Assembly: GCA_963847815.1 (NCBI GenBank)
Contig: CAWKBF010000001.1
Coordinates: 101,184 to 165,183, forward strand
Direction of reading: 5' to 3'
Source: an uncultured Acidimicrobiia bacterium
GTDB lineage: Bacteria; Actinomycetota; Acidimicrobiia; IMCC26256; JAENVU01
DNA length: 64,000 bases
Positions 18,873 through 32,557 of the stretch are shown piece by piece (the first letter of the stretch is position 1; each line of letters begins with the position of its first letter). The notes beneath the pieces are model-generated. The model did no database searches, was not told the origin of the DNA, and saw only the letters and a list, made by a program, of their open reading frames with translations. The translations under genes were made by a program, and so were the position numbers.

Positions 18873-19850
18873 ATGACCCGTCTCGGCTACCAGATCCCGA
18901 ACTTCACCTACCCGGGCGTCGCGCCCGAGGACCTGTTCGGCGTGGTGGTGGCGCAGGCTGCCGCGGCCGACCGGTCCGGCTTCGACACGGTCATGCTGAT
19001 GGACCACTTCTACCAGCTGCCCATGCTCGGCCAGCCGGACGCCAACATGCTCGAGTGCTACACGACGCTCGGCGCGCTGGCGTGCGAGACGAGCAGCGTG
19101 CGGCTCGGCGCGCTCGTGACCGGCAACACCTACCGCAACCCGGCCGTGCTGGCCAAGATCATCACCGCGCTCGACATCGTCTCGGGCGGACGGGCGCAGC
19201 TCGGCATCGGTGCAGGGTGGTTCGAGTTCGAGCATGACTCGCTCGGCTTCGAGTTCGGAACCTTCACGGACCGGTTCGAGAAGCTGGAGGAAGCGCTGCA
19301 GATCATCCTCCCGATGCTGCGCGACGAGACGCCGTCACTCGATGGCAAGCACTACACGGTGAAGGACGCGATCAACCACCCCGCACCGTTGTCGCGCATC
19401 CCGGTGATGATCGGCGGCAGCGGTGAGAAGAAGACGCTGCGGATGGTGGCCCAGTACGCGGACGAATCGAACCTGACATGTCCCGCCGACGAGATCCCGC
19501 GCAAGCTCGATGCACTCGCCGGGCACTGTGAACGACTTGGGCGCGACCGGTCGGAGATCACCGTGACCGCGGCACTCAACGTCTGCATCGCGGACACCCA
19601 CGAGCAGGCATACGAGGAGATCGCCGGGTTCCTGGCCGACCGCGGCCTGGATCTCACGACGATGGACGAAGCCACGCGCGACCAGATCCTGGCCATGATC
19701 GTCTGGGGTGACGCCGACGAGGTGGGGGAGCGCATGACGGCCGTCCTGGCTACCGGAGTCGACGGCTTCACGGTGTCGCTCCCGGGCAACGGCCACATCC
19801 CGGACCGGGTCGAGCAGCTGGGCGCGACGGCAACCAAGGTGCTCGCCTGA
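18873..19850 (+). CDS. LLM class F420-dependent oxidoreductase
   Basis: MTRLGYQIPNFTYPGV...MLMDHFYQLP...GIGAGWFEFEH is typical of the TIGR03560-type luciferase-like monooxygenase family. Confidence 0.85.
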   Translation: MTRLGYQIPNFTYPGVAPEDLFGVVVAQAAAADRSGFDTVMLMDHFYQLPMLGQPDANMLECYTTLGALACETSSVRLGALVTGNTYRNPAVLAKIITALDIVSGGRAQLGIGAGWFEFEHDSLGFEFGTFTDRFEKLEEALQIILPMLRDETPSLDGKHYTVKDAINHPAPLSRIPVMIGGSGEKKTLRMVAQYADESNLTCPADEIPRKLDALAGHCERLGRDRSEITVTAALNVCIADTHEQAYEEIAGFLADRGLDLTTMDEATRDQILAMIVWGDADEVGERMTAVLATGVDGFTVSLPGNGHIPDRVEQLGATATKVLA

Positions 19851-20120
19851 CCCAGCGCGGACTGCGTCGTGACCGGCGACGGCATCACCACGCTGCGCAC
19901 CCGCCGGGAGGCAAGGCGTCACGAGGAGTCACTGCGGTGGTCGCGGCCCCGGAATGGGTCTACGCTCGCGGCAGGTTTTCTCGGCTTCCTGTCCAGACCC
20001 CGCGTGGGTCGAGACCCCATCGCAGCGGCTCCCGTCCTCCCAAGTGGGCAGGGAACGCAAGCGAGCGTCTCTGAGGCCCTGATCCCACCTGCCCGGCGGT
20101 CGGGGCCTCGACGCGTCGGC

Positions 20121-20853
20121 TCAGGCCAGTCCGCGCAGCACTGCGGCGATCGACTCGGGATCGGTCACGGCGGGGATGTGACCACTGTCGAGAGGGATCC
20201 GCGTCGCGGGGCGCGGCAGGCGCGTCAACATCTCGTCCTGCAGTGCGGCCGGAATTGGCCGGTCGCGTTCGTTGAGGATGTAGGTCACGGGGACGTCGGC
20301 CGCGGTGGACCAGTGCACGGACTGGAAGTAATGGTTGACCGTGTCGGCGACGCTGCGCACCGAATCGAAGACGAACGCCAAGGTCTCGTCGTCGAGTGGG
20401 TCGCCGCCGTAGGTCTTGCGCAGCGCTTCGGGATCCGTCGGTGCCGGGAAGATGATCGGGTTGCCATCCGCGATCGCCGCCTCCGCCGCGAGCCGCAGGC
20501 CGTCGGCGTGGCGCGGCTGCATGCAGTCGAGACCGCACCCACCCTCGGGTGGGATCAGTGCAGCGCTCATCACGACCTGTGCGACGCGTCCGTCGAGCGC
20601 GGCGACGACACCGGGAACGACGAGACCGCCCGACGAGTGTGCGACGAGTGTGATGGGTCCGTCGAGGGAGGCGCCTTCGATGTCTGCGACCACCGACGCG
20701 ACTTCTTGGCCGACGGTGATCGTGCCGAGGTCCGTCGGATGCTCGCCGCGACCCGGGAAGGTCGACCGCGAGCACCGATCCTTCGAGCCGTGGGACCAGC
20801 CGGTCCCAGAAGCGACTCGTCGTCCCCCCGCCGTGCACCAGTACGTAGCTCAT
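20121..20853 (-). pseudogene. alpha/beta hydrolase, one frameshift
   Basis: The N-terminus MSYVLVHGGGTTSRFWDRLVPRLEGSVLAVDLPG is in the frame of ORF 19960..21093. The rest (RGEHPTDLGTITVGQEVASVVADIEG...LVAHSSGG) is in the frame of ORF 20121..20693. The junction is CCC GGG T CGC near 20751. Confidence 0.7.
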
Positions 20854-21011
20854 GGCCGGGATCCTCACACAGGCGGGGTTTTCGGTGCCGGATCGTGATG
20901 CCCCGGGGTCGGAATGGTCGACGACGCCGGACCAGAGACGTACCGTGACGAACGGCGGCTCCCGGTCATCGGCGGCGCGTAGCGGGTCGCTCGCAGAGGT
21001 AGGTTGCGCGG

Positions 21012-21785
21012 GTGACCCGTTCGACGGTGCGCTACGGGGACCAGCGCGGGCAGCGGGCGGAGCTGTGGATGCCGGAGGTGGCGTCGGCGGCACGGGATGT
21101 GCCCGTGGTGGTCCTGATCCACGGCGGGTTCTGGCGCGCCCAGTACACGAAGATCCTGATGCACAGGATGGCGCGGTCGGTCGTGGCGAGCGGTTGGGCG
21201 GCGTGGAACATCGAGTACCGCCGGCTCGGTCGGTTCGGCGGCGGGGGCGGATGGCCCGCGACGTTCACGGATGCGGCGGCAGCGATCGACGCGCTCGCCG
21301 ACCAACCCGGTCTGGACTTGAGCCGCGTCGCCACGTGCGGCCACTCGGCGGGGGGGCTGTTGGCGCTCTGGCTCGCATCGCGCCCGCGGCTGGGCGCCGA
21401 CGCGCCCGGCGGCCCGGTGCGAGTCCCCGTCGACATCGCGGTCTCCCTCGCCGGCGTGGCGGACGTCGTGGGGACCTACGAGCTCGGCGGGCCTGACGGA
21501 GTGGTGGCGCAGCTGCTCGGCGGGACCCCGGCGACGGTGCCCGAGCGCTATCAATGCACCTCTCCACTCGACCATCTCCCGCTCGGTGTCCCGCAGGTGC
21601 TCGTCCACGGAACCGCCGACACGACCGTGCCCCCGGCCATGAGCGAGGAGTACGCCACCACCGCCACGGTTGCCGGCGACGACGCGGTCTTCGTGCCGGT
21701 CCCCGGCGCGGACCATCGGGACATGTTGCGCGGTCCCGGTTGGGACGCCGCGGTCAAGCATCTCGAGCAGCGGTTCCGCGCCTGA
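21012..21785 (+). CDS. alpha/beta hydrolase (esterase/formamidase-like)
   Basis: Oxyanion motif VLIHGGFW and nucleophile elbow CGHSAGG. 257 aa. Confidence 0.8.
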   Translation: MTRSTVRYGDQRGQRAELWMPEVASAARDVPVVVLIHGGFWRAQYTKILMHRMARSVVASGWAAWNIEYRRLGRFGGGGGWPATFTDAAAAIDALADQPGLDLSRVATCGHSAGGLLALWLASRPRLGADAPGGPVRVPVDIAVSLAGVADVVGTYELGGPDGVVAQLLGGTPATVPERYQCTSPLDHLPLGVPQVLVHGTADTTVPPAMSEEYATTATVAGDDAVFVPVPGADHRDMLRGPGWDAAVKHLEQRFRA

Positions 21786-21848
21786 GATTGAAGGCGCGAT
21801 TGGTGGCCGGACCCTCAAGGGCGGCCATCGGATGCCGATCATCCAACC

Positions 21849-23876
21849 ATGAGGCCGACACCCGACGGCCCGCAGTGGCGCGGGTGGGATGCAACCAGCT
21901 CCGGGGCGACGGGGTTCGTGACCAGCACGCGCCTCGGTGCCGGTGCCCCGGTCCAGAACCGGATGTTCCCCAAGGTCCGCTCGTGGTTCGCGCTCGGCGC
22001 GCCACTGGAGCTCCTCAGCCCGCTCTCGGTGGTCCGCATCGTGATCCTCCTGCTGGTCGCGGTCTCGGCGATCGTCGCGCTGACCCCGAGCACCGTCCGA
22101 CCGGTTCCGGCGGCCGCGGTCGCGTTGCTCTCGCTCGGGCTGTTCATCGGTCTGGCGCGCGTGAAGGAGCTCGGACCGCGCCACTGCACGGAGCTCGGCG
22201 CGTTCATGACGATCGCGACCGGCGTGCTGGTCTGGTCCGGTGACGGCGGCGGAATCGGTCTGCTCTCGGTCATGGTGCTGGTGCCCGTGGCGGTCTTCAT
22301 CGGCTTGTTCTTCCGGTGGGGGCCACTGCTCGCGATCGAGGGGCTCGCCTTCGTTGTCACCGGCGCGGCCTTGCTGGCCTCGGGCAGTGGCATCGCGTAC
22401 GCGATCGTGCTGGCGCTGCTGACGTTCATCGGAACAATGACCGCCGCGATGACGATTGCGCTGACCTCCGCATCCGCGCGCCGCAAGGCACTCATCGACT
22501 CGGACACCGGCATCCCGAACGGACACGGCTTCGCCGACGACCTCGTCGATCGACTCGCCGACGGCCCGGTCGTGGTCGCGGCGGTCGTCCTCGGCGGCCT
22601 TGACGAAGCGCGCGAAGCGCTCGGTCATCGCGCGGCGACCGAGCTGCTTCGCCGGGCGGTCGAGGATCTCGGACAGGTGCTCCCCGGCGCCGCGAGCATC
22701 GGGCGGGTCGACGGCGATCAGCTCATGGTCGTCCAGACGATCGCGGCGTCGGCGGAAGGAACGAGCGATGTCGGTGAAGGGGCGAATCTGGTCGCCGATA
22801 CGAGCGCGACCGATCTTGCGCGTCATCTCGCGGACGGGATCGGCTCCGGGCGGTACCTCGTCGATGGCATCGAAGTGATGCTGCGCGCGCACATCGGCCT
22901 TGCCGTGGGACCCGACGACGGTGCTGACGCGACCGACCTCATCCGGCGCGCGTCCATCGGTGCTCGACGAGCGACCACCTCCGGGCAGGCGTGGTGCCGC
23001 TGGGACCAGACGATGACCGGGGCCATGACGTCGGCGGATCTTGCCCTGCTGGCGGACCTTCGGCTTGCACCCGAACGCGGGGAGCTGTGGATCGCATACC
23101 AGCCCCAGATCGATCCCGGATCCGGCGCGACGGTTGCCGTCGAGGCGCTGGTCCGATGGTCGAGTCCGACGCACGGGTTGGTGCGGCCCGACCAGTTCAT
23201 CCCGCTCGCAGAGCGAACCGGCCTCGTGGATCGGCTCACGGACTTCGTGCTCGGTGAGGCCCTCGATGCGCAGGTCCGTTGGCGGCGGGTCGGCCTGCAC
23301 CTTCCCGTGTCGGTCAACGTCTCCGCCGGGTCACTCTCGGATCCGACCCTGCCGGAGAAGATCATTGCCGCGCTCGAATCCCGCCGGCTCCCCGGTCGCG
23401 TGCTCACGGTCGAGGTGACCGAGACCGCAGCGCTCGATGCCGAGCAGGCGGTCGACCGCCTCGGCGCCCTCCACCGGGCCGAGATCGGAGTGTCGATCGA
23501 CGACTTCGGGACGGGCTACACCTCGCTCGCGGTGCTTCCGTTCCTCCCGATCGACGAGCTCAAGGTCGACCAGCGGTTCGTCATCGCATCCTCGACCAGC
23601 GCGGCGGACGATTCCATCGTCCGCTCGGTGCTGGAGCTGGCCCACCAGCTCGGTCTCCGGGCGGTGGCCGAGGGCGTCGAGGACGAAGAGACCACCGCTC
23701 GGATGTCGTCGTACGGCTTCGATCTCCTGCAGGGATGGGCGTTCTCGAAGGCGCTGCCCGAAGGGGAGCTCGTCGACTTCGTCTGCCGCGCGCCACATGC
23801 CGCCTCACCTCGGCCGGGCCCTCCAGTGGCTTCCGCCGGGGTCGATTCCGAAGCGGACGTGCGCGCCCGGCACTGA
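21849..23876 (+). CDS. membrane sensor with degenerate GGDEF domain and EAL domain (c-di-GMP phosphodiesterase type)
   Basis: N-terminal block of about 6 TM segments. The GGDEF-like domain lacks the GG[DE]EF motif (RVDGDQLMVV in its place). EAL signatures are present: VEALVRW, DDFGTGYTS, ELKVDQRF, AEGVEDEE. Confidence 0.85.
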   Translation: MRPTPDGPQWRGWDATSSGATGFVTSTRLGAGAPVQNRMFPKVRSWFALGAPLELLSPLSVVRIVILLLVAVSAIVALTPSTVRPVPAAAVALLSLGLFIGLARVKELGPRHCTELGAFMTIATGVLVWSGDGGGIGLLSVMVLVPVAVFIGLFFRWGPLLAIEGLAFVVTGAALLASGSGIAYAIVLALLTFIGTMTAAMTIALTSASARRKALIDSDTGIPNGHGFADDLVDRLADGPVVVAAVVLGGLDEAREALGHRAATELLRRAVEDLGQVLPGAASIGRVDGDQLMVVQTIAASAEGTSDVGEGANLVADTSATDLARHLADGIGSGRYLVDGIEVMLRAHIGLAVGPDDGADATDLIRRASIGARRATTSGQAWCRWDQTMTGAMTSADLALLADLRLAPERGELWIAYQPQIDPGSGATVAVEALVRWSSPTHGLVRPDQFIPLAERTGLVDRLTDFVLGEALDAQVRWRRVGLHLPVSVNVSAGSLSDPTLPEKIIAALESRRLPGRVLTVEVTETAALDAEQAVDRLGALHRAEIGVSIDDFGTGYTSLAVLPFLPIDELKVDQRFVIASSTSAADDSIVRSVLELAHQLGLRAVAEGVEDEETTARMSSYGFDLLQGWAFSKALPEGELVDFVCRAPHAASPRPGPPVASAGVDSEADVRARH

Positions 23877-23958
23877 GTCACCCGTTTCGGATGACGACGG
23901 GGGTCACGGTCCGGTGCGACGATGGCGTCGGTCACACCGAGCTCGCGAAAGGAACCGG

Positions 23959-25377
23959 ATGGTCACGCCGACAGTGGTGGAGCACCTCACGCCCGACGAG
24001 TGGGCCGAGCGCGGTCGCGCGGCGCGCGCCGACACGCCTCGCGCGAGTCATGGTGGGTGGACGCCACCGGCCGATCGTGAGAGCCCGGTGGCGGTGCTCC
24101 AGCGGCAGGCGCAGTCGCGGCTCGCGGAGCTCATCCCGATCCGTCACGCGCGCATGACCGCGTCGCCGTTCGCGTTCTACCGTGGCGCGGCAGCAGTCAT
24201 GGCTGCGGATCTTGCGACAACGCCGAGCTCGGGGCTCCTGGTCCAAGCGTGTGGTGACGCGCACCTGGCGAACTTCGGTGGGTTTGCTGCGCCGGATCGG
24301 GCGATGGTGTTCGACATCAACGACTTCGACGAGACGCTTCCCGGACCCTGGGAGTGGGACGTCAAGCGGCTCGTCGCGAGCTTCGAGATCGCGGCACGCG
24401 CTCGCGGCTTCGACAAGCGGCTTCGGCGCCAGATCGTGGAAGGCACTGCACGTGCGTACCGGACGTCCATGCGTGAGTACGCGGAGCTCGGCAACCTCGC
24501 GCTGTTCTACACGCGGCTCGATGACTCCGACATCTACTCGCTGTGGCGCGACCGGGTCCCGGCCACCGCGTTGAAGCGCTTCCAGAAGAATCTGGACAAG
24601 GCCCGCACCAAGGACAGCATGCGCGCCTTCACCAAGCTCACCACCGTCGTGGACGGAAGGGTGCGCATCGTGAGCGATCCTCCTCTGATCGTGCGGTACG
24701 ACGAGATCGTCCCCGAGGACGAAGCGGACGCAATGAAAGAGGCGATGCACGAGTGGTTCCGCGGGTACCGCGCGACCCTGCAGCCGGATCGGCGCAACCT
24801 GGTCGAGTCCTACGAGCTCGTCGACTTCGCGCGGAAAGTCGTCGGCGTCGGGAGCGTCGGCACCCGGTGCTGGATCGCCTACATGCGAGGCCGCGACGAC
24901 GGCGACCCGTTGTTCCTCCAGATCAAGGAGGCTGAGGCCTCGGTGCTCGAGCCGTTCGTCGCGCCGAGCGCATACGACAACCATGGGCGGCGCGTCGTCG
25001 AAGGTCAGCGCCTGACCCAGGCGTCGAGCGACATCTTCCTCGGGTGGGACCGGGCCATGGACATCGGCGGCAACCCGCGGGACTTCTACGTCCGGCAGCT
25101 CTGGGACGGAAAGCTCTCCGCGCAGATCGACATCATGGAGCCGCAGGTGCTCGAGATCTACGGCGAGATCTGCGCGTCGACGCTCGCCCGGGCCCACGCG
25201 CGCTCCGGCGACCGCATGGCGATCGCCGCGTACCTCGGTGCGGGTCCGGCGTTCGATCGCGCGATCGCCGGCTTCGCCACCGCGTATGCGGATCAGAACG
25301 ATCAGGACTACGCCGAAGTGGTTGCCGCGATCGAAGCCGGCGAGCTCGTGGCCGACCAGAGCGAGATGACGGCCTGA
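23959..25377 (+). CDS. DUF2252 domain protein
   Basis: Internal ATG 23959, preceded by AAAGGAA. Sequence MVTPTVVEHLTPDEW...FAFYRGAAAVMAADL...GDAHLANFG is typical of DUF2252. The upstream part of ORF 23437..25377 is Ser/Arg-rich junk overlapping the EAL gene. Confidence 0.8.
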   Translation: MVTPTVVEHLTPDEWAERGRAARADTPRASHGGWTPPADRESPVAVLQRQAQSRLAELIPIRHARMTASPFAFYRGAAAVMAADLATTPSSGLLVQACGDAHLANFGGFAAPDRAMVFDINDFDETLPGPWEWDVKRLVASFEIAARARGFDKRLRRQIVEGTARAYRTSMREYAELGNLALFYTRLDDSDIYSLWRDRVPATALKRFQKNLDKARTKDSMRAFTKLTTVVDGRVRIVSDPPLIVRYDEIVPEDEADAMKEAMHEWFRGYRATLQPDRRNLVESYELVDFARKVVGVGSVGTRCWIAYMRGRDDGDPLFLQIKEAEASVLEPFVAPSAYDNHGRRVVEGQRLTQASSDIFLGWDRAMDIGGNPRDFYVRQLWDGKLSAQIDIMEPQVLEIYGEICASTLARAHARSGDRMAIAAYLGAGPAFDRAIAGFATAYADQNDQDYAEVVAAIEAGELVADQSEMTA

Positions 25378-25390
25378 GCGCTGCCGCGCC

Positions 25391-26338
25391 TCACACGGAG
25401 ACGTGCGCGGAGTCTGCGATCTCGATCCGGTTACGTCCGAGCTGCTTGGCCCGGTACAGCGCAAGATCCGCATCCTCGAGCACTGCGTTCGTTGATCGCA
25501 GGTGCGCGGGATCGAGCACCGCAAGTCCGGCGCTGATGGTCAGCACTCCGTGGTCACTCCCGTCGTGGGGACGCTGCAGACGTTCGACGCCTGCCCGCAT
25601 GCGCTCGGCCGCGATGCCGCCGCCTCCCGTCGACTGCTCGGGGAGGATGCACAAGAACTCTTCACCGCCGTAGCGGTAGAGCGAGTCGCCGCCACGCGCC
25701 TGATCGCGCAGCTCGGCGGCAACGGCGCGGAGCGCATCGTCGCCGGCTTGGTGTCCGTAGCTGTCGTTGAACGCCTTGAAGTGGTCAACGTCGAAGATCG
25801 CCATGCAGTAGCTGTGGCCGTAACGACTCACACGCGCTTCGAGCTGTTCGAGGTCCTCGTCGAGCGCCCGGCGATTGCCGAGTCCGGTGAGGGCGTCGCG
25901 TCGGGTGATCGCGATGAGCTCGCGGTTCACACGCTCGAGCTCGGACTGCTGTTCGTTCAGCGCTCGGTGCACCGCAGTCACCCGCGCTGCGGCGATCAGG
26001 TGGGCCTGGAGGACATGGGCGACGAGCGGCTTGACGAGGTACTCGTCGGCACCCGCTTCCATGCCCTGCAGCACCGCATCGGGCGAACCATGGCTGGTGA
26101 CCATGATGAAGTACGTGTAACGCGCGGGGGTGACGTTCCGGATCTTCTCGCACAGCTCCAGTCCGTTCATTCCCGGCATGTTCCAGTCGCTGATGACGAC
26201 GTCGGGTCGGCTCCAGCGGAACGCATCCCACGCCTGGCTGCCGTCGGCAACGGCATGGCATTCGTGGCCGAGACTGCGCAGCGCCAGCTGCACGATCAGG
26301 CGGGAAGTCGGCTCGTCGTCGGCGACCAGGATCTTCAT
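25391..26338 (-). CDS. response regulator with GGDEF output (diguanylate cyclase)
   Basis: Receiver domain (MKILVADDEP...DVVISDWNMPGMNG). Active GGEEF site (YRYGGEEF) with an RxxD I-site five residues upstream (RGGD). The start overlaps the upstream stop (ATGA at 26335-26338). Confidence 0.9.
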   Translation of the reverse strand: MKILVADDEPTSRLIVQLALRSLGHECHAVADGSQAWDAFRWSRPDVVISDWNMPGMNGLELCEKIRNVTPARYTYFIMVTSHGSPDAVLQGMEAGADEYLVKPLVAHVLQAHLIAAARVTAVHRALNEQQSELERVNRELIAITRRDALTGLGNRRALDEDLEQLEARVSRYGHSYCMAIFDVDHFKAFNDSYGHQAGDDALRAVAAELRDQARGGDSLYRYGGEEFLCILPEQSTGGGGIAAERMRAGVERLQRPHDGSDHGVLTISAGLAVLDPAHLRSTNAVLEDADLALYRAKQLGRNRIEIADSAHVSV

Positions 26339-27128
26339 GACGTGGTCGTCCTCGCGTCGAGAGCGATTCGGACTCTCGCGAGCTCAGTTTCGATTGCTGC
26401 GATCAAGGTCGCACCCTGGATGGGGTTGCCCGCGACGCCCTCGATCGCGAACGTCGAGAACAGCTCGGCGAGATGCCTCGCGCCGAGGTTCCCGCTCGCG
26501 CCGGAGAGCGTGTGCGCAGAGCGGAGGACGGCCGCGACGTCGTTGGCGCGCAGGCAGTCACCCATCTCGGCGATGTGCGCGTCGGCGTCGGCGAGGAACA
26601 GCTCCGCCAGCTGGCCCATGAGATCTTCACCCGTCGAATCGCCCAGCCGTTGGAGTCGCTCGACGATCGCGGGATCGAGCGCCGGTTCGTCGGCGTCGGA
26701 GACGTCCGCGTCCTCGTCGAGGGGATCGAACGCCTTGACGATCGGTTCGTCCGGCGCCCAGCGGGCCAGGCAGTCCGAGAGGTCGGCAGTGTTGAGTGGC
26801 TTGACGAGGAAGCCCTCCATGCCGGCGGTCCGGCAACGCGTGCGCTCCGCGTCGGTCGCGGAGGCGGTCACTGCGATGATCGGTGCGTGTCGGGATGCGC
26901 CGCGCCAGCGTCGAATCTCGCTCGCAACCAGGTACCCGTCGAGGACAGGAAGCTGGCAGTCGAGAAGGATCGCACGGTACGGCCGGGTCGCTGCCGCCTC
27001 GACTGCCGCGAGACCGTCAGTGACCACATCGACGTGATAACCGAGGTGCTCGAGCATCGCCCGCTCGACGGTCTGGATCACCGGGTCGTCTTCGGCCACC
27101 AGGACGTGACCCCACGCCGTCATGCGCG

Positions 27129-27132
<4 letters not shown>
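26335..27132 (-). CDS. response regulator receiver fused to Hpt phosphotransfer domain
   Basis: Start at ATG 27132, overlapping the kinase stop (ATGA at 27129-27132). Receiver VLVAEDDPV...ILLDCQLPVLDG...VKP. Hpt His motif SAHTLSGASGNLG. Confidence 0.85.
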
Positions 27133-30070
<2,938 letters not shown>

Positions 30071-30099
30071 GAGGCGGCCTCGGCAGGGACGGGGAGCCA

Positions 30100-30915
30100 T
30101 GGCTCGCAGCGCGGTGAGCAGCTCTGCGGTGTCGACGGCTTGGGTACGTAGTCGCTCGCGCCGGCATCGAGACAGCGCTGGCGCTCGCCGGCCATCACCT
30201 TGCCGGTGACTGCGATGATCGGCAGCGTCGTTGAACCCGTCCATGGACCGGATGGCGCGCATGGTCTCGTAGCCATCCATGACCGGCATCATGATGTCCA
30301 TCAGCACGATGTCGACCTCGGGCGTCTCGCTCCAACGTGGCGATGGCGTCGGCTCCACTCTCGGCGACGATGACTTCGGCCTGCCCCCGTTCGAGCAACG
30401 CGCGACAGCGCGAAGATGTTCCGGAAGTCGTCGTCGACCACGAGGATCCGGGTACCCCTGATCGCGCTCGCCTCGAGCAGCTGTCCGAGTCTCCGTGCTC
30501 CCGGAAGATCTTGGTGGTGGTGAGCGGGCGCGCTCGCTCGGAGGGACGCTCCGGCACGAGGGCCGATCGAGGAGCTTCGACCGGGTCCACCGGCTTCGGC
30601 GACGTAGTCGTTGGCTCCGGCGTCGATGCAGCGTTCGCGTTCTCCGGCTGCCGACTTGCCGGTGACCGCGATGATCGGGAGCGTCGGCGAACGATCGCTG
30701 CGACCGGACGGCGCGCATGGTCTCGTAGCCGTCCATGACCGGCATCATGATGTCCATCAGGACGATGTCGATGTCGTGACGCTGATCGAGGATCGCGATC
30801 GCTTCGGCGCCGCTGTTCGGCGACGACGACCTCGGCGCCGGCCGCGTTCGAGCAGTGCGGACATCGCGAAGATGTTCCGGAAGTCGTCGTCGACGAGGAG
30901 GATCGTCGTCCCCGC
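30100..30915 (-). repeat. tandem duplication of a receiver-domain coding module (period about 456 nt)
   Basis: 30254-30316 and 30710-30772 are 60/63 identical (ggcgcgcatggtctcgtagcc.tccatgaccggcatcatgatgtccatcag.acgatgtcga). A second shared block, cgcgaagatgttccggaagtcgtcgtcgac, occurs near 30407 and 30865. Confidence 0.8.
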
Positions 30916-31759
30916 GATGCGTCCGGCGGAGAGCCGATGTCGAATGCGGTCGGGTTCGGCTGTGGGATGGCTGCAGCGCCGTCGCCGTTGGTCGCGATGT
31001 GTGCGGGCGTCCGATCCGCCGTCGGCGTCGCAACGGTCGACGGAGCTGCACCATTGGTCGCGCTGTCGGTCGGGCCGATCGACGCGGTGCTCCGGTCGGG
31101 AGGAAGACGGTGAACGTGCTGCCCTGCACCGAGCGTCGCTGGCCACCGTGATCTCGCCGCCGAGCAGGCCGACGAGCTCGCGGCTGATCGAGAGGCCGAG
31201 GCCGGTGCCGCCGTAGAGGCGGGCGGTGGTGCCGTCGCCCTGGGCGAACGCCTCGAAGATCCGCAGCTGCTGCTCGTCGTCGATGCCGATGCCGGTGTCG
31301 CTGACCGAGAACGCGACGACCGACCGGCGCCGACGCAGTGACGTCCGTCGTCGGGCTCCAGCCGCCGTCGGCCAGGCCGACCTGCGATGCGGACCTCGCC
31401 GTTCTCGGTGAACTTGAACGCGTTCGCGAGCAGGTTCTTCAGGATCTGGCGGAGCCGTTGGGGGTCGGTGACGATCGTCGGCCGGGCAGTCGCGCGCGAG
31501 GTCGATCGAGAAGTTGAGGCCCTTGGCGAGCGCGACGTGCTCGAACTCGCGGACGAGCCCGTCCCGCAGCTCCTCGATCGAGACGTCGTCACATCTCGAC
31601 GGTGACGGTGCCCGACTCGGCCTTGGCCAGGTCGAGGATGCTGTTGAGCAGCTCGAGCAGCTCGTTGCCCGACGAGTGGATGACGCTCGCGTACTCGACC
31701 TGCGTGTCGGTCATGTTGTGGTCGGGGTTGTCCTCGAGCTGCTCGGCGAGGATCAGCAG

Positions 31760-31798
<39 letters not shown>

Positions 31799-32557
31799 GA
31801 TGAACTCGGACTTGTACTTCGACGAGACCGACGAGCTGGCCGGCCTTCTCCTCGACGAGCCGCTTGGACTCCTCGACCTCGCGGTTCTTGTGCTCGGCCT
31901 CGATGTTCTGCTCGGCGAGCTGCTTGGCCTGGCGGCCGAGGTCCTCGTTGGACTCGCGCAGCTCCTCCTGCTGCGAGCGGAGCTCCTCGGCGAGCGACTG
32001 CGACTGGATGAGCAGGGTCTCGGTGAGCGTGCTGGCCTCGATCGTGCTCATGACACGAGGCCGATGCTCTCGGTGATCGAGTCGAGGAACGCCTGGTGGG
32101 TGACGCTGAACGGCGAGAACGACGCGAGCTCGATCACCGCGCGCACCGATCCCTCGAACAGGACCGGGCAGCACGATGATGTTGAGCGGGCGTCGACGTC
32201 GCCGAGCCCGGAGTTGATCCGCACGTAGTCGCTCGGGCACCTCCGTGAGGAGGATCCGCTTCTTCTCCTTGGCGCACTGGCCGACGAGGCCCTCGCCGAG
32301 CCGGAACGAGGTCGAGAGGTGCTTGCGCTCCTCGTAGCCGTAGCCGGCCTGGAGCTCGAGCATCGGCTCGCCGCCGTCGGTCGACGCTGGTCATCGAGTA
32401 GAAGACCGGCGTGCTGGGCGGAGACGAGCGGCGCGAGCTCGGAGAGGATCATGCTCGACGTCGCCGCGAGGTCGCGCTGGCCCTGGAGCATGCGGGTGAA
32501 GCGCTCCCGGTTCGTCTTCAACCAGTCCTGCTCGACGTTCTCGCGCGTCGTCTCGCG

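Noticed and set aside
19990-20110. Riboswitch-like fragments (CUGAG..CCUGAUCC reminiscent of TPP; AGGGAA reminiscent of cobalamin)
   Set aside because: The motif order and spacing do not fit either consensus. The region lies between two convergent 3' ends, where a cis-regulatory leader makes no sense.
20865-23300. 811-aa minus-strand ORF, the second-longest in the track
   Set aside because: It is antisense to the well-supported EAL gene and the alpha/beta hydrolase gene. Its composition is extremely Arg/Pro/His/Gly-rich and it has no recognisable motifs. This is a typical high-GC shadow ORF.
23932-25524. 530-aa minus-strand ORF
   Set aside because: It is antisense to the DUF2252 gene, is Arg-rich and low in complexity, and has no motifs.
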